Positions 42,133 through 53,571 of a stretch of 64,000 nucleotides of DNA are shown one piece after another; the stretch's first letter is position 1; each line of letters opens with the position of its first letter. The translations under genes were made by a program, and so were the position numbers. The notes under the pieces were generated by a model. The model searched no databases and had not been told where the DNA came from. It was given only the letters and a program-made list of their open reading frames with translations. The stretch is from Camelus ferus (taxonomy: Eukaryota): the NCBI RefSeq assembly GCF_009834535.1, contig NC_045697.1:85190001-85254000 (forward strand), written 5' to 3'.

Positions 42133-44231
42133 ATGTGAGGATCTCATCATGGTGAATGTGCTTCTAGGACACAAAAGTAGGTAATTCCGGATAATACACC
42201 ACCTTAAATGAACCACCCGCTACTTCACCCACGGCACACCTGAGGAAGAAAACTCTGACGCAAAGCTGAAGGAAAACGTGGCTGTGATGGAATTACTGAG
42301 CTTCTGTCTTTCAGTCTACAATTTGGCACCTTCCTTAGAATCTGTCAAAAATTTTTTTATTATGTAAAATTTATGCCATATATTATGGTTTTAGAACCTA
42401 ATCTCTGATGTTTTTATGGAGAGATTTGTCCTTTTCTTTAAGGTCTAATAAAATTTCACCTGGGCGGGCAAAGTCTGATTTGCAGTCTCTTTCAAACTAA
42501 TCACTACCAAAAAAATAATTTTTTATCTAAATCTAACACACACACACACAGAGATTTACATACACACAGGTGTATTATTTCATTAAATGACCGTTTATTC
42601 TTATTTTTTCCATTCTAATTTTTAATGGCTCTTCATGACCCAGTAAATTACTTCAAGACCCACAAAATAGCCATGGCCCAGATTAAAACTCACTGGATGG
42701 GATGTTAGTAGTATAGGAGATCCAATTGAAATATTTTAGGAACAATTGTGACCAGAGTTCCTCACAGGCCTCTAATGTTCATCCCTGGAAGGGGCCAGGA
42801 GAAAATTTGAACAGACACAGCTCTGTCCTCCAGGGGCTTGTTTATGACCTAATCAGGACAAAACCTCTCTGTCTTCATTTCCATCTTCAAGTAGGCAGTG
42901 CCGGCTCCAGGATCTAAGACTTCAGTCCATCCAGACACCCTGCCTAGAGCAGGAGGAGGTCACCGTACACTATCTCAGTTTTGCTCTGCATTACATTTGA
43001 GAGGGAACAAAACGAGGGGGTGAAGACTAATTAAGTAGTTTCTCTTTCCTGCAGTTCTCTAATGTCTGTCTAATTGTGATTTAAAGAATCAAAGCATATA
43101 GCTGGATCCAGGTAAACAATCTTTGTTTTAGCTAGATCCTAAAAAATACAACTACAAAGGATTAGGGAAAAGGAAAACTTACTTGGACCTATTGAGCCTG
43201 TAAAACTGGCAAGATGACGAAAAACTAATTAAGTTTCAGAAACAGAAATCACTCCTTCAAAATGTCATGCCATGTTGTCATGATCACAATAAAATAGTCC
43301 CTTTTCAAGCAAATCCAAATGTTAAAAGAATTGATCCCAAAATAAATCAAATACATATAATAAAAATGCACAAGCTACATAATCAAAACCCCCAAAAGAA
43401 TAATTAATTTACTTAAAATAACAAACATTGGTCATGCTACAGGGGGAAATCAGTCCGACTCTTAGTGGTTTTTCTCTGCTTTACTTGCATCTCGTTACTT
43501 TTTAGTTTTGTAACATGTCATTAATGAATAATGACAGAAGAAAAAATCGATTCGCTTTTTCCGCCATAACTCTTAAGAGAACATTTTAGACATTTTCACG
43601 TAACCATACCAAACCCACGCCAGGCTCGTAACACAGTGAGAAGCACAGTGGTCCCCAGCAGAAGGATTGAATGTGCTTTCCACCCTGGAAATTACAGGCA
43701 TCGTTGTTTCTGTCCTTCCCAAGACATCATTATTACTTTCATATGATTTATGGCTGAAAGTATGAGAGATGGTGCAAAGATCCTGTGCCAAATTCCCATA
43801 TGGCATATAATATAAGCCAAACTGTGAAAAACTCGTAAATGTGGGTAGATCAGTTTCATCAAAGAAAGGAGCAAGAGGGTTCCAGAGACTGAGCAGGAAA
43901 CTGGCCAGATAATTTTTTATAGGCATGTAATTCCAAAGCAGCAGTAATGAATGTGGTCCAGCCTCTGAACATAGAATGCTTGAGTTAAACATAAGGGCGG
44001 TCAGCAAGAAATTAGGCAGAAGCGGTCTGGTACACTGTCAACCAACCCTGTTTATTCTTTCATAAAATCCGCCTCTTTTTCTTTTTAGACTGCAGCTGAA
44101 ATTGATATCATAGCTTCTTAAATGATTTCAAAAAAGATAAAATGATGTGTTTGGAAAGTCCAAATAAATACAGAAATAAATATAGTTCCAATGGAATATT
44201 GCAAATAAAAAGTAACAAGTTATTTGAAAAG

Positions 44232-44237
<6 letters not shown>

Positions 44238-44275
<38 letters not shown>
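44238..44275. repeat. (TA)19 microsatellite followed by a short CA/TA compound tract
   Basis: Read directly from sequence. Confidence 0.97.
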
Positions 44276-44283
<8 letters not shown>

Positions 44284-44599
44284 TACACACATATATATTG
44301 TTTAACAGCATCCTAAAATTGTCAACCAAAATCAATACGCAAATATTTATTATATCACAAATTTAAACATACATTTCTAAGAATTTGAACATCTTTGCAG
44401 ATTTTCTGAATTGAATTCAAACATTAATTATAATATATATTATATTACATATCTTATACACAAAGTAGATAAGATAAAACTGACACATTTGGTAACAAGA
44501 ACTTGAGTAAAGTGTAGGAAATGCATACAAAAATCAATAGAGGAAATGAAGAGTTTGTAACTTGAAGAAAGTCCCATTAGAAAGGAGGGAAGGGAAGTT

Positions 44600-45450
44600 G
44601 GAAGTCACGCTGAGTTGTCTTCAATACGGTTCACACAGAAAATAGAGCGATACAAAGCTGGAAAAGGAAGCTGAGGTCACGGTGTAGAGAACTCTGAATG
44701 ACAGGCTAAGGCATATATATACTGTAACTTACGTAGGCACTGGAAATCTACTTATAATAGTACAAGAGTACAAGAGTGATAGAGCTGTGCTTTGGGATGA
44801 TTATCTAGTCAGCCGGATAAGTGGGAAGTGATAAGTAACAATAAGCTGAATTAGATGGGTATTAACGTGATGGAAGATGAGCGATAATCGGATGTTGGAA
44901 TGGTAAATGATCAGATAACTGTGCAGGTGATGAGACAGCATAGAAGGTAGAATCTTCAATAATTAGCTTCTAATTCTAAAAAGGGGCTAAGACTAAAGAA
45001 AGAGACAGGGATAACTAGATGCTTTTTGTCATTAACAGAAATTAACAAAAACTTCCAAAAGTGACACATTATCTGGAGCATGTTAAGTTCATTATGTCAA
45101 AAAGATGCCTAGTTATGTATCAAATAAGCAGTAACAAATGTGAGTCTGAAGCTTGGGATTAACAAAACAAATCATTTCGAATTCATCAGTACAGAGTTTG
45201 TAGCCAAAGTCATGGATGTAGCTGGCATAGAAGACCCAGACGAGGCCTACAGCCAGAGCATCCAGGATGACCAAAGAAGTGTCCAGAGAAATTGGCAGAA
45301 GACCTAGCAGAGTCGCTAAAATGGCATCACAGATGAAGAGAATGCCCAAAAGGTAACGTAAGCAAGGATAGTTTCAATAGAGAATAAAGGCAGAAACAAG
45401 GCCCCAGGGGTTATGGGCTGAGTGAGTGACCAGAAAGCAGAAGTAAGATC
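44600..45450 (-). mobile_element. Degenerate L2 remnant
   Basis: gaatgacaggctaagg, gagtgatagagctgtgctttggga and agcatgttaagttc are motifs of reverse-oriented L2. Confidence 0.5.
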
Positions 45451-45568
45451 TTCTCCAATTATTTCACATGTACAGCATGCCTCAGATATACGAAAACTTC
45501 TTTAAAGGATAAGCAGCTGGTAATTACATCAGCAAATCAGCAATATATATATGTATATAACAATATTA

Positions 45569-45763
<195 letters not shown>

Positions 45764-46579
45764 TCATATCTATATAAAGGCAAAGGATAAAAAGGGAAAC
45801 AGCCTTACCTTGTATTACTTCTTATGGATAAGTCAACTAAAACATGATCGAAACAACTGAAAAAAACTACTACCCAATCCACCCCTTAGACGTGTGAGCC
45901 TCTTCACCAGAGAAGCATGAGCTTTTCTTTATTCACCTACTTTGCAAACTAAATATATAAAGTAGCTTAGACATAAAGATGAAGTTTAAATTCAAGGAAG
46001 AACTCTTAATCCCAGATGAAAAATCTGCTGATCAGTGTGAGTTTAAGTCAGGGCCACACCTCTGAATGCTAAGGGTGAGCGACCTAACAGCGGTGGAGGT
46101 GAAGGACAGGCCTGCCCCCTGCCCGGCCAGTGGACCACACCCAGGCTGAGCTTCCGGTCCTCAGCAGAAACTAGACACTTGGGTGGCTGTGCAAAATCCA
46201 CAGTTATGCAATATTCATGTAATGTTGACAACGAGATGTTTCAAATAAAGCGTATCTGAAGGCTACCAGTTTTCAATCTTTTCTTTTCATTTACCAAAAT
46301 ATCTCTACCTGCCTCCAAATGAAGTAGCCATTCAGAAACATTCTGACTTCAACAGCCTCAAGTTATAGACATTCTAAATTCTGTAAAGAGACCTCATAAA
46401 GCAAGAGTTATTTTCAGAGCTGAATTTTTTAAAGTATGTATAGCAGACCTATTATTCAAACTTGCTTAAAATCAAACTATGGCTTTAAAAACTTATATTC
46501 TCAAAATGTATTTATAAATTTCTCACTAACATTTATTAGTAGCTTAGTTAGAATGTGAAAGTATCTAGAAATAGCAGAA

Positions 46580-46905
46580 CTGTAACTGTAATTGCTGAAT
46601 CCCTCCTAAATGTCAGACACTCTGCTCGCATGCTATGTAAATGACCTCATTTAATCATCGCAGCAATTTTGAAAGGCAGGATATCTTTTCACAGATGAAG
46701 TATACAGAAACTGAGGCTCAAAGAGGAGTAGGTAACAAATTAAACGGTGAATTTGAAGATCTTCAGTTTCATTTAGTCCCATCACTTTTGCATCAGAAAT
46801 AACCTGAGGTCTAGAAAGGTTAAGTAACTTGCTGACTATCACGTGGCCAGTCAATGGCCAAGCTAGAATTATTAACCAGTCTACTGATTACCACTCTAAG
46901 AGCTT
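46580..46905 (-). mobile_element. Two adjacent MIR fragments
   Basis: cttttcacagatgaag...gaaactgaggctcaaagagg and aacctgaggtctagaaaggttaagtaacttgc. Confidence 0.7.
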
Positions 46906-46955
46906 CTGAAATGACAATGTGATTTCAACATAAATGGAAAAATAGGTATTTTTAC

Positions 46956-47040
46956 CTGAGTGGGTAATCATATGACGTTTTAGCTGATTAGCTGAAATGA
47001 ATTTCTTCATACATTCTTGACAATCAAATATCTCATGAAT
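46956..47040 (-). CDS. PRDM5: PRDM5 exon (~9), 85 nt
   Basis: Acceptor ttttgcag|ATTC, donor TCAG|gtaaaa. Encodes [28 protein letters not shown]. Confidence 0.97.
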
Positions 47041-47955
47041 CTGCAAAAGGGTAAATTGACAGTTAAGTCAACTGTAAAAGCCAAAAAAATGTACAGAGCT
47101 CAAGCAAAAGAACAAACATTTGGACAGTTGCTATTGTAATACCCAAACTATAGGTCATAATTCAGCCCTAAGTTTTGTTCATAGTATCCTATGTAAATTG
47201 AAGATGCGATGATCATGAGTTACCTAGTAGAATCATATCACTGAAAGAAACTATAAGATTGCACACTATTTAAATATGTAATACAGCTGATCTATTCAGT
47301 GCATAATGAATTTAAACTCTGTAAAAAATTATACCCAGTATATATTGTCTCTACTATGCACAAATTTTGACTTGGAAATACGTAACTTGATGTTAAAAAA
47401 ATTCCTTTATAGTAGTCAATGCTACTTCAAACTTAAATATATGTATTATAGAACAAAACATTAATTACCATGAAAGACAAGAAGGTATATGATTTTGAAA
47501 AGTATTTAGTTCACAGCAAAACTCTCACATAATAGGAGGACCACAATAAAAAATACTGTAAGTTTTATTAGTTTTATAAGTTTTATTTAAAAAAAATAAG
47601 GGAGCAGAGCATAACTTCAGCAAACAACTGGCTAAAGAAATATTACAATTGAATATTCAATTTAGTTCTTTCCCTCCAAGACTCTAAATCAGAGAAATCA
47701 GATAGGCAATACTAAAAGCAGGTGCTTAGTTTATTATCAGAAACAATGTACAAAGCTCTAAGAGGAATAGACTGCCAGAGAGTCATATTAGAACTGTTGA
47801 TCATCCCAGTGAACAAGAGCATCACACTGTTTTACTGAAGATTCAGAAATGGTTTGGTGAGGTCATGTTTTTGTTCTAACCTCATTAAAGGCAGAGCTCA
47901 CAAAACTAAACTTCAGACAAGCAAAGGCCCTTCTGCAGGAAGCCAAGATACTATG

Positions 47956-47978
47956 TAATTAATTAATTAATTAATTAA
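47956..47978. repeat. (TAAT)n self-complementary microsatellite, ~6 units
   Basis: taattaattaattaattaattaa read directly. Confidence 0.9.
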
Positions 47979-49352
47979 GGCCACTTCAGCATCAAAGTCA
48001 AAGCAGAAGACCCTGAACTGGTACAGCAGTGAGTAAAAGAACAAACATGTGGATAGTTGCTACTGCAATACCCAAACTACAGATTATAATTCAGTGAGTA
48101 AAGAGAGGAGGACTGGTAAATGGCTCCCCTGATCTCAGTGACCATGGAAGAACTCAAGGCGGGGACAGTGAAAAGAGGGCACAGCCAGGGAAACAGAAGC
48201 TGCAACAAGGCTAACAGACCCCTGCTCTGCAGCCGGGGCCTCAGTTCTATGCCCGGTCACGTGGCAGGTCTGAGGCTGCCAACCCGCCTGCTGCTTCTGT
48301 CAATCTGATTCTTGGTGAGTCAGTAAACTCAGCCGGAAAAAGCAGAGAAAAGTAGACAAAAAAAGATAGAGCAGAAAGAAGTCATTGCACTAGAATCTGA
48401 TTTATACCCTGCTTACATGCAGTGGCATCTAATCTTGATCAGGGGACATCTGGGATCCAGAGAGAGCTCTACAGTTCCTCAGAAAACAGTGCGGGGCTGC
48501 ACAAGCACTCAGAACGAAAGTACCATGCAGTACAGAAGGCAAACTCTCAGCCTAAGAAATTTTAAAGCAACATCTTCAATCATCAAAGACCTTCACAGCA
48601 ATGATATGAAGTGTAAGGCTTATTTAAAGGACAGTAAGAACAGATTTGTATTCTTAAACTCTGTTTCTGAAATATATATCTTTTACATTAACAAGATACA
48701 CCAAAAAAGACGATACGCCTTCCAACACACGTAAGTGAAAACATATTTAGTGTACTTTCATTTTTAATGTTAAATTTATATTAGTGTATAAAATTTTAAA
48801 GACTTTATCCATATAAAAATGGCAGATGTTAAATAAAATGCTGCAGAATATACTCATATTTGTTCACTTAACTCTCCTGGCTTTTAAATCATGAAACATT
48901 TTTAAAGGTTGGATCAAATTGATATTCTCAAAATTACAAAATTATTTACTGTACCTGAAAGCATTTGTGTTGACTATTTTATTTATAGTGGAAAATTCAA
49001 GCCAAAGTTATTTTCAAAACTCCTTAAAAAGTTTAATAAAACAATCATATTTAAAGTGAAAATAACACTAATTATGCCTAATGTTAAGTACAACATATTT
49101 CGTAAACTGTGCAGTTTACTAAAATGACATGAAGGATAATGACTTGCAATTTGAAGTCTCAAAATAGATAATTTTCAAGAAGGATCATAATATATCTTAC
49201 TGTAATATAGGACAGCACATAATAATGTAAGATACTATTCTAGACTATACTGTAAATTTGGTATATTCATAAAGCACCATCTACTGGCAAGATGAAATAC
49301 TACAACCAAACTCTATTAGACATTAGACAAACCCAACTATAGGATCAGAATC

Positions 49353-51365
49353 GAAGGCTCCACACAAAAACTATTAGAGCTGATAAAAGAATTAAATAAG
49401 GCAGCAGGATACAAAATTAACATACAGAAATCATATGCATTTCTTTACACTAATAATGAAATATTAGAACAGAAAAGAAAAAAGCAATCTCTTTTAAAAT
49501 TGCATCCAAAAATCCAAAATATTTAGGAATAAACCTGACCAAGGAAGTGAAAGACATATGCAGAGAACTACAAAACATTGATTAAGGAAATTAAAGATGA
49601 CTTCAAGAAATGGAAAGATAGCCTATGTTCTTAGACTGGAAGAATTAATATTGTTAAAATGGCCATAATACCCAAAGCAATCTACCGAATTAATGCAATG
49701 TCTATCAAATTACCCAGGACACTTTTCACAGAACTAGAACAAAGAATTCTAAAATTCATATGGAATCACCAAAGACCCAGAATTGCCAAAGTGACACTGA
49801 AGAAAAAGAACAAAGCTGGAAGAATAACTCTCCCAGACTTCAGACAATACTACAGAGCCATAGTAATCAAAACAGCACAGTATTAGCACAAAAACAGACA
49901 TAGAGATCAAGGGAACAGAACAGAGAGCCCAGAAATAAACCCACAGACTTTTGGTCAATTAATCTTTGACAAGGGAGGCAAAAATATACAATGGAGTAAA
50001 GACTGTCTCTTCAGCAAGTGGAGGTGGGAAAACTGGACAGCAGCATTTAACTCCATGAAGTTAGAACACTCCCTCACACCATATAAAAAAATAAACTCAA
50101 AATGGCTTAAAGACTTAAACATAAGACAAGATACTATAAACCTCTTAGAAGCAAACATAGGCAAAACATGACCTGACATAAATCTTGGCAATGTTCTTCT
50201 AGGGCAGTCTACCCAGGCAACAGAAATAAAAGGAAAAATAAACAAATGGGACCTAATTAAACCTATAAGCTTTTGCACAGCAAAGGACACCATAAGCAAA
50301 ACAAAAAGACAACATATGGAACAGGATAAAATATCTGCAAAAGATGAGACCGACAAGGACTTAATTTCCAGAATATATAAACATCTCATACAATTTAATA
50401 ATGAAAAAACAAACAACCCAATCCAAAAATGGGCACAAGATCTAAACAAGCAATTCTCCAATGAAGACATACAAATGGCCAATAGGCACATGAAAAAAAT
50501 GCTCAATATCACTAATTATCAGAGAAGTGCAAATCACAACTACAATGAAGTATCACCTCACACCAGTCAGAATGGCCATCATTCAAAAGTCTACAAACGA
50601 CAATTGCTAGAGAGGCTGTGGAGAAAAGGACAACCTCCTACAATGCTGGTGGGAATGCAGTTTGGTGCAGCCACTATGGAAAACAGTATGGAGATTCCTC
50701 AAAAGACTAAAAATAGACTTACCATATGATCCAGCAATCCCACTCCTGGGCATATATCCAGAGGGAATGCTAATTCAAAAAGATTCATGCACCCATGTTC
50801 ATAGCAGCACTATTTACAATAGCCAAGACATGGAAACAACCTAAATGCCCTTTGACAGATGACTGGATAAAGAAGTTGTGGTATATTTATACAATGAAAT
50901 ACTACTCAGTCATAAAAAAGAATAAAATAATGCCATTTGGAGCAACATGGATGGACCTGGAGATTGTCATTCTAAGTGAAGTAAGCCAGAAAGAAAAATA
51001 CAATATGATATCACTTACATGTGTAATCTAAAAAAAGAAAAAAAAGACAAATGAACTTATTTACAAAACAAAAACAGAGTCACAGACTTAGAAAATAAAC
51101 TTATGGTTACCAGGGGGGAAAGGGAGTAAGAAGGGATAAATTGGGAGTTTGAGATGTGTAGATACTAACTACTGTATACAAAATAGATAAACAACAGATT
51201 TTTTCTGTATAGCACAGGCAACTAGAGTCAGTATCTTGTAATAACCTATAATGAAAAAGAATATGAAAATGAATATATATATGTATATGTATGACTGAAC
51301 TATTATGCTGTACATCAGAAATTGCCACATTGTAAGCTGACTATACTATAATTATAAGAAGAAAA
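49353..51365 (+). mobile_element. 5'-truncated L1 LINE (~2 kb: ORF2 C-terminal part plus 3' UTR), inactive, antisense to PRDM5
   Basis: ORF-track fragments [31 protein letters not shown] and MFIAALFTIAKTWKQPKCP are L1 ORF2 motifs, broken by stops and frameshifts. Followed by an L1 3' UTR. Confidence 0.97.
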
Positions 51366-51860
51366 TGGAGTCAGTAGGAGCTGCCTGTGGAGTCAGAAAG
51401 GCTACGTCAGAGGAGCTATGCTGTCATGGAGGAAGTGCTGCCTGAGCTAGTAAGCGACTAACGTTCTACAGAGACCACGTGGGTGCTGCATTCTGCTACC
51501 AGCAGGTAGGGCTGAAGTCCCCCAAGATAGCCCTTGGAGGAAAAGTTCTTAGATTATGAAGAAAATAAATGGAAAAGAAGACATTTTTTCAGAAATAGGC
51601 CCCACAGCCAACTTTGGTGAAGCATTCTACTTGGTAAAATATCTTAAATTTCAACTTCTTAAAATCAGGGAAATAAATTATAGAATTATAAAAGTAAGAT
51701 GGTATTTAGAAAATGTCTATTCAATTGGATTTAATCTTTTTGTCTCAGACTCGGTTCTGCTTCAGAAGCCTTGAGGGTGATGGGAAGAGAGGAAGAGACA
51801 TAGAAGCAGCAGCATCTGGATTGGGGTTCTAGGCAAAATTTCCTTTAAAAAGTCGTTTCG

Positions 51861-51961
51861 GTGCTTGCTTCAGCAGCACATAAATTGGAATGATACAGAA
51901 AAAATTAGCATGGCTTCTGAACAAGAATTACATGCAGATTATTGAAGTGTTCCATATTTTT
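51861..51961 (+). pseudogene. U6 snRNA retropseudogene
   Basis: gtgcttgcttcagcagcacataaattggaatgatacagaaaaaattagcatggc...gaagtgttccatattttt aligns to U6 end to end. It has a 6-nt deletion, a mutated ACAGAGA box and flanking TSDs. Confidence 0.95.
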
Positions 51962-52734
51962 AAACAATCTGATAAAACAACCATTTGAAAACTGAAAAAA
52001 AAAGTAGTTTCATGGCACATAGAGAAGAAATTTAAAAAACACTAACCAGTTCAATGTCACATGTTAAAAATGAGAGAACACAGGCACAGTGTTACATGGA
52101 GGGCTAGTGACAGATGATGACACCCAGTGGGCTCACCCTCTGTCCAGTGCTTGTTCCATTATGTCTCCCTAAGGACCAAAAGCACTCAACATGTAGGCTA
52201 TAGCCTCAGACATCTTAGCAATTTAATTACCTTATATGTCATAGGCTATTTCCAAAGCACATGGCTGGGGCTACTGCATTGAATATCATACGAATTTTAA
52301 GGTCTGTCAAGTTATTTTGGAATATATCTACATACAAATAAAGAGATAAAATTCTATTTACAAACCACACCCAAGGTAAAATTTTACTTTCACTAGTACC
52401 ATCTCCTCTCATTTTGGGTATTAAATGACTAAAAGAAAATGTATGCTTCTAGATATTCTGAAAAAGCAGCATATAAAATTAGGAAATAATCATTTATATC
52501 TTTGTTATAATAATAATATAATATAATATGATATAAATTGTTTGGACTCTGCCATGATATGAACAAAAATCTAAATTCTATTTTAATTCTGTTCTACTGT
52601 AAACTCTATTAACTAGTGCTAATGTTGTCAGGGTTAATGACTCATTTATTTTTCAGGTTAACATTCACATTAAAGTAGTAGTTTAGTAAGTTTTATGCTT
52701 ATTAAAAATGTATTAAATTTATTTTCTCCTAATA

Positions 52735-52964
52735 TAGTTGACCCTTGAATAATGTGGTGATTCAGGGGTTGGACCCACCTCTTCCCCAACTCCTACCCTC
52801 CCATCTCCTGCAGTCAAAAAACCATATAACTTTACAGAGGACCCTCCACATCTGTGCCTTTAACCAAGCCCTGATCATACGGTACTGCACTATATATTCA
52901 CTGACAAAAATCTGCTACCAGTGGACCTGACCCATCCAAACCTGTGCTGTTCAAGGATCAACTG
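52735..52964. mobile_element. TcMar-Tigger MITE, MER8/Tigger3-like
   Basis: Terminal inverted repeats tagttgacccttgaa / ttcaaggatcaactg with TA on both sides. Confidence 0.85.
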
Positions 52965-53415
52965 TATCATCAACTGTTTCTGCTAGTAAAACTTCGACAT
53001 ACTTGTACATTATTTTTAGCTCTTTAAAATAACAGAGCTCTTGTCTTTGTTTTGCCAAACTTAACTCTAATATGCACCCATTTTAATAGCTAAATGTCAA
53101 AGCAGAACACACTATAAATACACAAAAATATACGGTTTCCTCAAATATATAGTATTTCCTGAGCAAAGAGCAACTGACAAAGCTTGAAACCAGTATGAGG
53201 TGTTGTAAGGAAGGACTCAGCGAGACTCAATACTGCATTGGAGAAATATTCCTACTAATTCTAAACAACAATTAACAATTCAAAATATTCTTTTGCAAGA
53301 GTCTACTTTTCTGCATATCAATCTTACATTTTAGTGTATGTTAGTAGTTAATGTAAGGACAAAGCCCTATCATTACAATATAAAAAGCCACTGAAAATTT
53401 TCATGGCAGACACTA

Positions 53416-53571
<156 letters not shown>

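Noticed and set aside
43573..44007. 144-aa minus-strand ORF in intron 10
   Set aside because: No recognisable domain, the start is non-ATG, and it is not needed for PRDM5 frame continuity.
49955..50512. Longest ORF in the track (185 aa, minus strand, hydrophobic)
   Set aside because: It is the antisense reading of L1 ORF2, a common spurious ORF.
51861..51961. Functional U6 snRNA gene
   Set aside because: It has a 6-nt deletion, a mutated ACAGAGA box and many substitutions. TSDs indicate a retrocopy and I see no upstream PSE/TATA.
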